IMG/VR virus record: IMGVR_UViG_3300021961_000042
Coordinates: 41,564-105,563 of that record
DNA length: 64,000 nt
Source of the DNA: a virus
Strand: one strand, 5' to 3'
The notes under the pieces were generated by a model. The model did no database searches. It was given only the letters and a program-made list of their open reading frames with translations, and was not told where the DNA came from. The position numbers and the translations under genes are program-made. Positions 39,353 through 48,895 of this stretch are shown here, piece by piece. Within the stretch, counting starts at the first letter, position 1; each line of letters begins with the position of its first letter.

Positions 39353-39746
39353 AAACGAAAATTTGGAGTTGTCCTTTACTTACGGTAAACCCTTCTTTTT
39401 TCATTACTGTTATTATTATCAAATCCCAGTGATTTATATAATTTTTTTTTGGCTCAATAACTATATTAAGTTGATCTCCTTTTAACCTACTTACAATAAA
39501 TCTTTTACCATTTCTGATTTTACCTTCAATAATGTTATAAACTATATCATCTTTTGCGTCCTCTAATAATTTTACAATATTTAAATCGTAAATTTTATTT
39601 CCCGATCCATGTCTCCATTTTCTGTCATTGGTATGACCCCATTCATCGTGGTAAAGATCAAAATCAAAAGTCACATCATTACTAATTTCATGAAATTTTT
39701 GTTCTTGTAATAAAGTTTTTTTAATTATGTTATTTAAACCTATCAT
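39351..39746 (-). CDS. Hypothetical protein with leader
   Basis: MIGLNNIIKKTLLQEQ; TATTTATT upstream on the minus strand. Confidence 0.65.
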   Translation of the reverse strand: MIGLNNIIKKTLLQEQKFHEISNDVTFDFDLYHDEWGHTNDRKWRHGSGNKIYDLNIVKLLEDAKDDIVYNIIEGKIRNGKRFIVSRLKGDQLNIVIEPKKNYINHWDLIIITVMKKEGFTVSKGQLQIFV

Positions 39747-39801
39747 CTTAATAAATATGATATTCTTTATTATAAGTATTTATTAACTATAATAATATAA
39801 T

Positions 39802-40932
39802 ATGAAAGAAAAGTTTTTACCTTGGTTTTTGTTATTTTGTGCTCTTGGGTTATCAGGAACTGCGGCATACTATAGTGTTGTTGGTTTAGCCGTTGTTTTT
39901 GCGGGTGTTGCAATTCCGGTAATAATCATGGGCGCATTTTTAGAGATATCTAAAATCGCAATTGCAACTTATTTACATGACAAATGGAAAGAAACATACG
40001 GAGTTTTAAAGATATATATGACAATTGCATTAGTTACGTTGTCAATAATAACCTCTTTAGGTATATATGGATTGTTAAGTACGGGATTTCAAGAAAATAT
40101 TGCAAAACTTGAAATAGGAGAGAAACAAGTAAAAAATGTCGAAGTAAAAAAGAAAAGATTTGAAGACATTAAAACTGAACTAACAAAAGAAAAAACAATA
40201 CTTGACGGCGACATAACAAAATTAAGAGACGGACTTTCAAATAATACAACCACCCAAACTGTCGATAGAAGAACAGGTCAGATAATTACAAGAGCAAATA
40301 ATGCAAATAGAAAAACATTTGAAAATCAACTAAAAGAAGCACAAGTTAGAAGAGATACAATATCTAAAAAAATAGATGCATTTAATGACAGTATAACAAA
40401 GTTAAATGTAGACATACTGAATATGGAGTCCAAAGAAATTGGTGGAGGAGAACTTGGAACTATTAAATATTTGAGTGAGTTATTAGGTTGGGACATTAAA
40501 AAAACTGCAAACTTTTTTATTCTAATTTTAATATTTGTTTTTGATCCATTAGCTATCACTTTAGTAATTGCAACAAATCAAGCATTTAAAAATACAAGAA
40601 AAGAAGAAACCATACAAGTACCGACTAACCACCGACCAAGTACCGACCAAGTAGAACCTGTAATTATTGAAAAGATAGTTGAGGTACCTGTTGAAGTTAT
40701 TAAAGAAGTTGAAAAGGTTGTTGAGGTACCGGTAAATAATAAAAAAAATATTACACCGATTGAAGAATTATTTGAAACCGAACAAATATTTGATTTACAG
40801 ATGCAAAATCAAATAAAAGAAGAAGAGATTCAAAATACCAAAATAAATAATGTACAAGTAGTTCAACAAGAACCTAAACGACTTTCTTATTCAAATAGAA
40901 ATGGTGGATCTTTCAGAATTAACAGAGTTTAA
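39802..40932 (+). CDS. Multi-TM membrane protein with coiled coil
   Basis: Three N-terminal TM helices, coiled coil, ILIFVFDPLAITL helix, EKIVEVPV repeats. Confidence 0.7.
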   Translation: MKEKFLPWFLLFCALGLSGTAAYYSVVGLAVVFAGVAIPVIIMGAFLEISKIAIATYLHDKWKETYGVLKIYMTIALVTLSIITSLGIYGLLSTGFQENIAKLEIGEKQVKNVEVKKKRFEDIKTELTKEKTILDGDITKLRDGLSNNTTTQTVDRRTGQIITRANNANRKTFENQLKEAQVRRDTISKKIDAFNDSITKLNVDILNMESKEIGGGELGTIKYLSELLGWDIKKTANFFILILIFVFDPLAITLVIATNQAFKNTRKEETIQVPTNHRPSTDQVEPVIIEKIVEVPVEVIKEVEKVVEVPVNNKKNITPIEELFETEQIFDLQMQNQIKEEEIQNTKINNVQVVQQEPKRLSYSNRNGGSFRINRV

Positions 40933-41503
40933 ACCTTTGGGTTCATCTAAAAACAAAAAACAAATAATTCTTTGTGAAACCAAAAGGAATGTAAAAAATT
41001 ATATTAACTCTTTAAAATATAGATACAACGGAGAAAATAAAAACCTACCAAATTTTATCATATCTAGAGATGGTGAAATTTATAAAATAATGGAACCATT
41101 ATCTTATGCTAATTATATGAACGATTCTGTTTTAGATAAAAAATCTATTATAATATGTATGGAAAATTTGGGTTGGTTAGAAAGAAAACCACTTAGTTCT
41201 ATATACATAAATTGGATTGGTGATATTTATAAAAAAGAAGCGTTTGAAAAAAGATGGAGGGATAGAGTTTTTTGGCAACCATACGACGAATATAAACAAA
41301 TTGAAAGCTTAAAAAAACTTTTAAAAAATTTGTGTGATGAGTATAAAATACCAAAAATTTGTCCTGAATCTAATGTTAGACAAGAAGGTGTAGAGAACTT
41401 TTCAGGTATTATATCTAAAAGTTCTTATGATTTCAGGTCAAAAGATTTAAACCCATCTTTTAACTTTAAACATTTGAAAAAATTTTTAGAAAATGATGAA
41501 TGA
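40901..41503 (+). CDS. Amidase_2 (N-acetylmuramoyl-L-alanine amidase)-fold protein, probably degenerate
   Basis: PNFIISRDGEIY, SIIICMENLG, QIESLKKLL, KDLNPSFNF; Zn-ligand His residues absent. Confidence 0.55.
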   Translation: MVDLSELTEFKPLGSSKNKKQIILCETKRNVKNYINSLKYRYNGENKNLPNFIISRDGEIYKIMEPLSYANYMNDSVLDKKSIIICMENLGWLERKPLSSIYINWIGDIYKKEAFEKRWRDRVFWQPYDEYKQIESLKKLLKNLCDEYKIPKICPESNVRQEGVENFSGIISKSSYDFRSKDLNPSFNFKHLKKFLENDE

Positions 41504-42020
41504 TTATGATGAAATAAAAAATCTTATTAAGAGAAGTAAAATGCTTTTTGAGCAAAAGGGCCCTTTAAATTTGGCAAAAAGTATCGAATCAGATATTGAA
41601 CAAGCGGATCCTGAAGAGGTTAAAAAAGAAAAAAGTAAAACATATAGAATTTCTGGAGGACTTTTAACTATCCATGCTAAAGATAAGAAAGAATTAGACT
41701 TAACCACAGATGAAAAAACAAATTTCCAACAAACAATGGACGAATTTGTTGCGGAAGTTTCAGATTTGGCGGAATTTGGAGTATTAAACATATATGAAAA
41801 CGAAGTTCAATGGAGTGGAAAAATAATGGATTTTGACATTGAATTTTTCTATTCGATAGGTGAAAACAATGGTGTATATGTGAATGGTGATATGATTAAA
41901 TTAGATGAAAAATTGACAGAATTAGTAACAAAACTAACAACATATTACGAAAAATTTAAAGCAAAGTGGGCTAAAGTAATTGCATTAAGAAAAAAAACAA
42001 AAATGAAAAAAGAAAAATGA
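41493..42020 (+). CDS. Hypothetical protein
   Basis: 175 aa; N-terminus YDEIKNLIKRSKMLFEQ. Confidence 0.6.
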   Translation: MMNDYDEIKNLIKRSKMLFEQKGPLNLAKSIESDIEQADPEEVKKEKSKTYRISGGLLTIHAKDKKELDLTTDEKTNFQQTMDEFVAEVSDLAEFGVLNIYENEVQWSGKIMDFDIEFFYSIGENNGVYVNGDMIKLDEKLTELVTKLTTYYEKFKAKWAKVIALRKKTKMKKEK

Positions 42021-42370
42021 TAAATTTTTTAAAAAAATATTTTAAAGAGATATTGTTAGTATTAACAATTGGCGTTGTAATTTTTTTGTTGGTAAAAATA
42101 TTCACACCAGCACCTGACAAAAGTGAATTGTTGAAATACAAATTAAAACAATTGGACGACAAAATTAATGGTTTGAAGCAACAACAAAAACAGTTGGACG
42201 ACTCTATTTCAATGTATAAAAAAGACATCGAGAGAATTGATGAAAACATTGAAAATATAAGATCTCAAAAAACCACCATAAATAACTATTATGAAGAAAA
42301 AGACAAAGACATCAAGGGATGGTCTAATAAACAAATTGATAGTTCATTAAGAAAAAGATACAAATTTTAG
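42017..42370 (+). CDS. N-terminal TM + coiled-coil protein (possible spanin-like)
   Basis: ILLVLTIGVVIFLLV followed by heptads. Confidence 0.55.
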   Translation: MINFLKKYFKEILLVLTIGVVIFLLVKIFTPAPDKSELLKYKLKQLDDKINGLKQQQKQLDDSISMYKKDIERIDENIENIRSQKTTINNYYEEKDKDIKGWSNKQIDSSLRKRYKF

Positions 42371-42373
42371 ATT

Positions 42374-42787
42374 ATGAAAAACATTTTAATTCTTATTTTA
42401 TTTTTACTTCCTTTAACTTTATTATCACAAAAAGATATAAAAAAAGACACAACACAGATATGTTTTCCAACTGAGGTAGGTAGACAAATCGAATCTGATT
42501 TAAATGAACTCGATAAGTTAAGAGAATTAAAAAAACTGACTGATTTTGAAATTAAAGAATTAGAAAAAAAGATAGTTAAACAAGATTCAATAATTTCTAA
42601 ACTTGAACAAAAAGATGTTAATAACCAATTGATTGTTGCTGGGGTTGAAGAAAAATTTAAGTTGGTAGAAAACGACAATAAGGACCTTAGAGGTAAATTA
42701 AAATGGGCTGGAATAAAATCTAACATAATTGAAATAGCATCAGGTGCGTTAATGGCAACTTTTGTTTATATACAATTATTTAAATAA
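42374..42787 (+). CDS. Signal peptide + coiled coil + C-terminal TM protein
   Basis: MKNILILILFLLPLTLLS; hydrophobic C-terminus. Confidence 0.55.
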   Translation: MKNILILILFLLPLTLLSQKDIKKDTTQICFPTEVGRQIESDLNELDKLRELKKLTDFEIKELEKKIVKQDSIISKLEQKDVNNQLIVAGVEEKFKLVENDNKDLRGKLKWAGIKSNIIEIASGALMATFVYIQLFK

Positions 42788-43254
42788 TGATAACAAAAAA
42801 ACAAATATATAAGTTTCTAAACGAAAAAGAAACTAAAGAAGCCACGGGAGCCGCATCTGCGGGTGGTTTTTCGGCACCTCTTTTTAGTATGTGGTCTGAT
42901 GATGAAGAGGCAAAAGAAGAATATAAAAAAATGGAGGGTGAATTTAAAGAAGCGACTTCATCTTCTTCAGTTGGTGCGTACGACACACCTGGTTTTGATG
43001 ATGTAAAAATGAAAGGTAATAACCCAGTTGGTAGAGGAAAACAATTTAAAAAACCATTATATAAAGGTGGTGGTTTTGTAAAATTAAATAAAAAATGTAA
43101 AACATTTCCATATTGTAGCCAAGGTAATAGTAAAGACAAACCAGTAAAAGTTTCTACGTCTTTATCGCCTTTGAGCGAAGCAATACAAAATGTATCAAAC
43201 AAAACAGGTTTAAGTGTTGATGAAATAAAAAAAATATTACTTTCTAAAATGTAA
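42787..43254 (+). CDS. Hypothetical protein with duplicated KEAT...S.G motif
   Basis: KEATGAASAGGFSAP / KEATSSSSVGAYDTP; CKTFPYC. Confidence 0.6.
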   Translation: MITKKQIYKFLNEKETKEATGAASAGGFSAPLFSMWSDDEEAKEEYKKMEGEFKEATSSSSVGAYDTPGFDDVKMKGNNPVGRGKQFKKPLYKGGGFVKLNKKCKTFPYCSQGNSKDKPVKVSTSLSPLSEAIQNVSNKTGLSVDEIKKILLSKM

Positions 43255-43287
43255 GGTAATTTATAAATCTAAAGATATTTATATGGT

Positions 43288-44448
43288 ATGGACAGAAAAA
43301 TTTTAAATATAGTAAACAGAGTTCTTGGAGGAAAAAACTCTAACAGAAGATTATTCGAATCAAAAAAAGAAATGTGTTCTGAGTGTGGTAGTGGTGGAAT
43401 GTATGAAGGTGAATGTAACGAATGTGGATACATGAAAGAAAATAAAGGTATGTGTTCAGAATGTGGTGGTAGAATGATGGAAGGTAAATGTTCTGAGTGC
43501 GGACACAGTAAAGAAAGTGAATTAGGCGAAAGACTTCATGGTAAACAATACAAATTAGACAAAAACAAAAATGGAAGATTGGACAGAGAAGATTTTAAAA
43601 TGATTAGAAGAAAAACTGAGGTCAAAGAAAAATTATATGGTAGACAACACGTTCTAGATAAAAATAATAATAAAAAAATAGACGCCGAGGACTTCAAAAT
43701 GATAAGAAAAGAGTCTGTTTATGGTATTCAGATAGATAATAAAACACATTACTTTAAAGAGAATGAAGTTATTAATATAATTGAAAATATTGTTTTAGAA
43801 GAAAAGAAAAAAAGTAAAACAAAAACACCAAATGTAACTAAATCATCTTTAGAAAAATCTAAAAAAGAAAACGATGATTATATTGCAAGTGTTGTTAAAA
43901 AAATGAAAGATTACCTTAAAGATGGTTCAAAAGGCGATTATGACATGATGCCAAAAGATTTTCCTAAAGGTAATGGTCAATTAGAAAAAATGAAAAAAAT
44001 GGCTTATACACCATCTAACACTGCTCAAGAATATATTGATAATTTTACGGCAGCCGGATTAGAAAATTTAGATTATGATGAGATACACCCTAACGATGAA
44101 TGGGTGACGGACAATTTAGTTGGTAGTTCAAGAACAGGTAACAACTCAGAATGGGCAAATGCTGTTGAAACAAATGTCGGTGAAAAAAGAAATAAGATTA
44201 GACAAAACAATTTATTGGCAAAAGTAAAAAGAAAGGCATATCAAAAAGACGACCAACCAGTAAAAATAGATTCTTCGGGTGAAGATTTTGGTGATACTGT
44301 CGACGATCTTTTAAAAAAATATAGTAGTAACCCTAAAAATAGTAAGAAAGTCACTAAAGAGTCTACTAACACAAAACAAGATAATGTTTTAAACGAAGAT
44401 TTGGTCAAAATGAAAAAATTAATTGAGTACGGAAAAAAGACTCAATAA
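43288..44448 (+). CDS. Protein with CxECG repeats and two EF-hand-like loops
   Basis: 4x C(S/N)ECG; DKNKNGRLDRED and DKNNNKKIDAED; C-terminal LNEDLVKMKKLIEY. Confidence 0.65.
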   Translation: MDRKILNIVNRVLGGKNSNRRLFESKKEMCSECGSGGMYEGECNECGYMKENKGMCSECGGRMMEGKCSECGHSKESELGERLHGKQYKLDKNKNGRLDREDFKMIRRKTEVKEKLYGRQHVLDKNNNKKIDAEDFKMIRKESVYGIQIDNKTHYFKENEVINIIENIVLEEKKKSKTKTPNVTKSSLEKSKKENDDYIASVVKKMKDYLKDGSKGDYDMMPKDFPKGNGQLEKMKKMAYTPSNTAQEYIDNFTAAGLENLDYDEIHPNDEWVTDNLVGSSRTGNNSEWANAVETNVGEKRNKIRQNNLLAKVKRKAYQKDDQPVKIDSSGEDFGDTVDDLLKKYSSNPKNSKKVTKESTNTKQDNVLNEDLVKMKKLIEYGKKTQ

Positions 44449-44491
44449 TTAGTATTTCGTTTTTAATCTTATCGCTTTATAATTAGTTATT

Positions 44492-44983
44492 ATGAGCGGA
44501 GAAAACTTCAAAGGATTTTTTGATTGGTTAGCAAAACCTATGGAACAAGAAGATATTGATGCTTGGTATCTTGCTAATAACATCATACCGGAATACACTG
44601 AGTTATTTAGAGATTTTTGTATATCTTTTTTAAATTTATTGACTAAAACTTATTTAGGTGACGACAAACAAACAAATAATGAAACAAAAGTTGTTATGTC
44701 CGAAAAACAAAAAAAAGAACATTTCCTTTGGTGTTGGAACAAAACAATTGATAATTTTAAAAAAGAAAACATAACTTTTGTTTTTGAAGAAATCGATTAT
44801 AATTATTTTGAATCGTTCTTTTATGAAATATTTTATAATCAAGAAGAAGAAAAAATAAAATTATCATTAAATACATTTTTTGATCACCTATTTAATGATA
44901 ATATTAAAAAAACAAAGGCAGATATTGAAATATTCACTGACATATATAAAAAATTAGAGAGATCGCTTAATTTTGAACATTAG
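44492..44983 (+). CDS. Hypothetical protein
   Basis: 163 aa ORF. Confidence 0.6.
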   Translation: MSGENFKGFFDWLAKPMEQEDIDAWYLANNIIPEYTELFRDFCISFLNLLTKTYLGDDKQTNNETKVVMSEKQKKEHFLWCWNKTIDNFKKENITFVFEEIDYNYFESFFYEIFYNQEEEKIKLSLNTFFDHLFNDNIKKTKADIEIFTDIYKKLERSLNFEH

Positions 44984-45047
44984 TATTTACTATCGATACT
45001 CAAACATTTAATTTTTTATAAAAATAAAGAAAATTAATAATAAAAAC

Positions 45048-45227
45048 ATGGAAACTTTAGAACAAATTAAATCACTAACAGAAACTTTGACTTCAGAAAC
45101 TAATAAATTTTTTGAAAAAGGAAATCAATCTGCAGGTACAAGAGCAAGAAAAGCTGCTCAAGAACTAAAAGAACTCATGCAAGTGTTAAGAAAGGAAATT
45201 TTAAATCATAACAAAAAAGATAAATAA
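45048..45227 (+). CDS. Hc1-like (histone H1-like) small protein (not in ORF track)
   Basis: 59 aa; FFEKGNQSAGTRARKAAQELK matches the KGNKAAGTRARK family signature. Confidence 0.75.
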   Translation: METLEQIKSLTETLTSETNKFFEKGNQSAGTRARKAAQELKELMQVLRKEILNHNKKDK

Positions 45228-45418
45228 TGTTAGGAATAATTTATCCCTTACTCACTTTCATTTTTATTTTATCAATTTCAATTGTAATAAAATTTATAGT
45301 AAGTTTACTTTTATCGGCGTTATCAAATCCACCAAAAAAGTATGAATTTAAAAACTATGAACAAACATTATATGTTATTTTGATAAGCTACATAATAACT
45401 TTTTTAATATACCTTTAA
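45227..45418 (+). CDS. Small two-TM membrane protein
   Basis: 63 aa hydrophobic, TAATG-coupled. Confidence 0.55.
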   Translation: MLGIIYPLLTFIFILSISIVIKFIVSLLLSALSNPPKKYEFKNYEQTLYVILISYIITFLIYL

Positions 45419-45419
45419 A

Positions 45420-45833
45420 ATGACTTTTTATCCTTTTATAGAAAAAACAAACAAATACCTTAAAACGGTAAGAATCATAAAAAATTACGTAAGTTTTGAT
45501 ATGATTTTTCCTGAAAGTTGGGTCATGATAAAAAAAGCACCGGATAATGTTGAAATTTTACAGACTGAGACATCTGAAGGACAAACATTAACATCTTTTG
45601 TTTGTCAAAATAATAGAGATTTTATAAATTCTTTGGAACAAACGCTTGATTTAGTTGTTAAAAGTAATATCGAAAGAGAAGAAAAAGAAAGACTATTTAA
45701 AATGAAGGTAAAAGAATTACAGAATATTTTTGAGAAAGAAAAACTAGATAGTTTAAAATCATTAAAATTTGATTTAGAAGAATATAGAAATATAATTGAA
45801 GATGAAAAAACCGTTAACGAGGGATCTAAGTAA
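45420..45833 (+). CDS. Hypothetical protein
   Basis: 137 aa, operonic. Confidence 0.6.
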   Translation: MTFYPFIEKTNKYLKTVRIIKNYVSFDMIFPESWVMIKKAPDNVEILQTETSEGQTLTSFVCQNNRDFINSLEQTLDLVVKSNIEREEKERLFKMKVKELQNIFEKEKLDSLKSLKFDLEEYRNIIEDEKTVNEGSK

Positions 45834-46011
45834 AGAAATTGATAGATTAAGTTCAGAAATAAAAAAAAATGAATTAGAGAACGAAATCTACAAAAAAAAT
45901 ATCTCAGAGCAATTAAAAAAGTTAGATAAAAATTCACTAATAAATACAGATAAAAAAACTGTAAATTTAACTTTATGGCAGAGAATAATGAAAGTTTTGG
46001 GGATGAGCTAA
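45802..46011 (+). CDS. Hypothetical protein
   Basis: Short ORF ending LTLWQRIMKVLGMS. Confidence 0.5.
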   Translation: MKKPLTRDLSKEIDRLSSEIKKNELENEIYKKNISEQLKKLDKNSLINTDKKTVNLTLWQRIMKVLGMS

Positions 46012-46193
46012 TAAAATTAGCAAACATCGTAGAAATAATAGAAAATAGTTTTATTGGGAGCGAATTTAGTGATGTGGAATTCAAAATAACAGAAGAAAAA
46101 ATGAACTTCTTATCTAAAAATTTAAATTATCAAAAAAATGATAAGATAACTATTAATATTGGTAATATTAATTTTATCTTTTCGAAAAAGTAG
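45975..46193 (+). CDS. Hypothetical protein
   Basis: 72 aa overlapping ORF. Confidence 0.5.
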   Translation: MAENNESFGDELIKLANIVEIIENSFIGSEFSDVEFKITEEKMNFLSKNLNYQKNDKITINIGNINFIFSKK

Positions 46194-46818
46194 TTTTCAA
46201 CCGATATAATCTTTTTTTATCAAACCCCTTATTAATTAAAACACTGTAAATCCATTTTCTTTGTACTAAAGACGTGTCATAAACAAATATTGCATCCATT
46301 CTACCGTTATCTATAAAATAATCTTCTAAAACCCCTAAAAATCTTTTAGATTCGTCTTTGTTTTTTAATGAAAATAAATAAAAGTTTTCATTTTCTTGAA
46401 CAAATATTTTATTGTTGACTATTGAAATATTTTTAAGATCGGTACTTTTTAAGTAATTTATTAAAAATTCTGAAAGAGTTATTTTTTTTTCTGTTTGCCA
46501 ATCATAAATTTTTTCTTCAATCCTATATGATTTTAATTCTAAAAAAACATATTCTGAATTATTTAAATTAACAGGAATATTCCTACCTAAATCATCTGTC
46601 AAATAAATAGAATCTTGAATTTTTTTTTCATTTGATATCAAACCCAAAAAAAAACTACAATTATCAAAATTTTGAACTTGTTTTTCAAATAATATTTTTT
46701 TATTATCACTTAACAAAGTATTATACTTTTTGATTGCTTTTTCTAAAGTATTATACTTTTTAATAAGTTTTTTTTTCTTATTATTTTCAAATAAAATTAT
46801 ATTATATTTCCCGTACAA
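46174..46818 (-). CDS. Hypothetical protein
   Basis: 214 aa; strand switch visible in A/T skew. Confidence 0.6.
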   Translation of the reverse strand: MYGKYNIILFENNKKKKLIKKYNTLEKAIKKYNTLLSDNKKILFEKQVQNFDNCSFFLGLISNEKKIQDSIYLTDDLGRNIPVNLNNSEYVFLELKSYRIEEKIYDWQTEKKITLSEFLINYLKSTDLKNISIVNNKIFVQENENFYLFSLKNKDESKRFLGVLEDYFIDNGRMDAIFVYDTSLVQRKWIYSVLINKGFDKKRLYRLKTTFSKR

Positions 46819-46819
46819 A

Positions 46820-47800
46820 ATGAAAAATTATTACGATATTTTAGGTGTTACTGAAACCGCAACACAAGATGAAATAAAAAAATCATATAGAAAATTAAGT
46901 AAACAATATCACCCAGATGTAAACCCTGACGGAGATGAAAAATTTAAAGAAATTGCAGAAGCCTACGAAAATATTGGCGATGAAAATAAAAGACAAGATT
47001 ACGACATAAAAAGAAAAAACCCATTTGCAGGAATGTCTGGAGGGTTTGACATGAACTCAATGTTTGAACAGATGATGAACATGGGTAGACAACAAAAGAA
47101 AAAAGCACCAGACAAAGTCATTCAATTAGATGTCACTATAAATGAAACTTTTTTTGGAACAAATAAAGAATTGAATTATACTTGTGGTGTTAAATGTAAT
47201 CCTTGTAATGGTGAAGGTGGAAGTAAAAAAACTTGTGAAACTTGTAGAGGTAAAGGGATAGTTATTCAGGTGTTTGGTACAGGACTATTCAACCAACAAA
47301 TCCAATCCACATGTCCTTCATGTAATGGTACTGGTAGTAAAATAATAGTTGCTTGTAATAAATGTAATGGAAAAGGACTAAATTTTGAGAATCAAAAAAT
47401 ACAAGTTTCAATACCTAGTGGTGTTGATAGTGGCGATTTTTTAAGGGTTTTAAATAAAGGGGATTATAATACACAAGTTAAAACCTACGGAGACTTAATA
47501 TTAAAAGTTAATCTATTGAATGATGAAAAGTTTCAAAAAATTGGAAATGATTTGGTTTATACAAAAATATTAGATCCTTTAACCCTATTATTAGAAAAAA
47601 ATGTAATAATAGAACATCCCGAAGGTGAATTATCTATTAAAATACCTTATACGTTAAGTACTGAAAAACCATTAAGAATAATGAATAAAGGTTTTAAAAA
47701 TAAAGAATCTATTGGTAACTTTTTTATAAAAATAGTTGTAGAAAAAACAGAAGAATTAGATCAAAATAAAATAGAAAAAATTAAATCTATTTTAAAATAA
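46820..47800 (+). CDS. dnaJ: DnaJ co-chaperone
   Basis: NYYDILGV...YHPD J-domain, 4x CxxCxGxG, C-terminal domain; start at ATG 46820. Confidence 0.9.
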   Translation: MKNYYDILGVTETATQDEIKKSYRKLSKQYHPDVNPDGDEKFKEIAEAYENIGDENKRQDYDIKRKNPFAGMSGGFDMNSMFEQMMNMGRQQKKKAPDKVIQLDVTINETFFGTNKELNYTCGVKCNPCNGEGGSKKTCETCRGKGIVIQVFGTGLFNQQIQSTCPSCNGTGSKIIVACNKCNGKGLNFENQKIQVSIPSGVDSGDFLRVLNKGDYNTQVKTYGDLILKVNLLNDEKFQKIGNDLVYTKILDPLTLLLEKNVIIEHPEGELSIKIPYTLSTEKPLRIMNKGFKNKESIGNFFIKIVVEKTEELDQNKIEKIKSILK

Positions 47801-47950
47801 TTCTAAAAATTTTTGAACCAAAACAACAGTACCATAGATAGATGTCAATAACATATATATTGAAAAAACCACCATCCATGATTGTACTTTACTTAGTCCT
47901 TTTTTACATGTGTTACATCCTGTTACCTGTGTTGTCTTTTTTTCTTCCAT
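47792..47950 (-). CDS. Small membrane protein with CxxC (not in ORF track)
   Basis: MEEKKTTQVTGCNTCKKGLSKVQSWMVVFSIYMLLTSIYGTVVLV...; TATTTAT upstream on the minus strand. Confidence 0.55.
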   Translation of the reverse strand: MEEKKTTQVTGCNTCKKGLSKVQSWMVVFSIYMLLTSIYGTVVLVQKFLELF

Positions 47951-48009
47951 GATTATATTTTAATAAAGTTCGGTTTGAAAATAAATATTTAAATTCTTAT
48001 ATTTGTATT

Positions 48010-48849
48010 ATGTTAAGTTATATCGGTGGTAAAAGTAAGATTGGAAAGTGGATAGTTCCTTTCTATGATAAAAACATGGAGATTTATTTAGAGACCTTTG
48101 GAGGTATGTATTGGTGTTTTTATAACATGGACCTAAAACAATACCCAAACCTAAAGAAAGTTGTTTATAACGACTTTAATCCATTAAATTATAATTTGTT
48201 TAAATGTGTGCAGAACCCATCTGAATTATTAATGGCGATTAATTCAATAGATTGCCAAAAACAAGGGGTCGATCTTACTCCTGAAATATATAAAGAACAA
48301 TTTATAAGCTTTCAGGCTGAAATTTTTAATCAAGGTTTCAGCGTAGAACCTGGCGATTATGAAGTGGCAGCCAAATACGTTTATATTCTTACACAAGTAT
48401 TTAGTGGGTCAAAACCTGAGACATCTAATTTTATTGATCTTAAAGGTAAGTACAAGTCAAAGTATCTAACATTTAGAGATAAGTTATCTAAACCTGATTG
48501 GGTTGATCATTTTTTAAAAATAACTGATGTTGAAAACATGGATTTTTCAGACGTGATCGATAAATACGACTCACCATCCACATATACCTATTTAGATCCA
48601 CCGTATTGGAAAACAGAAAACTACTATTCAAATCACGATTTTGATAGACAAGACCACGAAAGGTTAGCAAATGTTTTACATAATGTTAAAGGTAAATTTA
48701 GTTTGTCTTATTATGATTTTGAATTATTACATGAATGGTTTCCTGAAGATAAGTACCGTTGGGTCAAAAAAGAGTTCGCTAAGGCCGCATCTGCTAAGAA
48801 AGGAGAAAAACAAAATATGGGAGAAGAGTTATTGATTATGAATTATTAA
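48010..48849 (+). CDS. Dam-like DNA adenine methyltransferase (D12 class)
   Basis: YIGGKS, ETFGG, VYNDFN, YLDPPY, ELLIMNY. Confidence 0.9.
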   Translation: MLSYIGGKSKIGKWIVPFYDKNMEIYLETFGGMYWCFYNMDLKQYPNLKKVVYNDFNPLNYNLFKCVQNPSELLMAINSIDCQKQGVDLTPEIYKEQFISFQAEIFNQGFSVEPGDYEVAAKYVYILTQVFSGSKPETSNFIDLKGKYKSKYLTFRDKLSKPDWVDHFLKITDVENMDFSDVIDKYDSPSTYTYLDPPYWKTENYYSNHDFDRQDHERLANVLHNVKGKFSLSYYDFELLHEWFPEDKYRWVKKEFAKAASAKKGEKQNMGEELLIMNY

Positions 48850-48895
48850 AATATTTTTCTTATATTTGTGATATTTATTAATAAAAACTTTAATT

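Noticed and set aside
46730-46819. Extended starts in the ORF track (46730, 35376, 37814, 62924, 63316, 31732)
   Set aside because: They overlap neighbouring genes, promoters or terminators; downstream ATGs fit domain boundaries better
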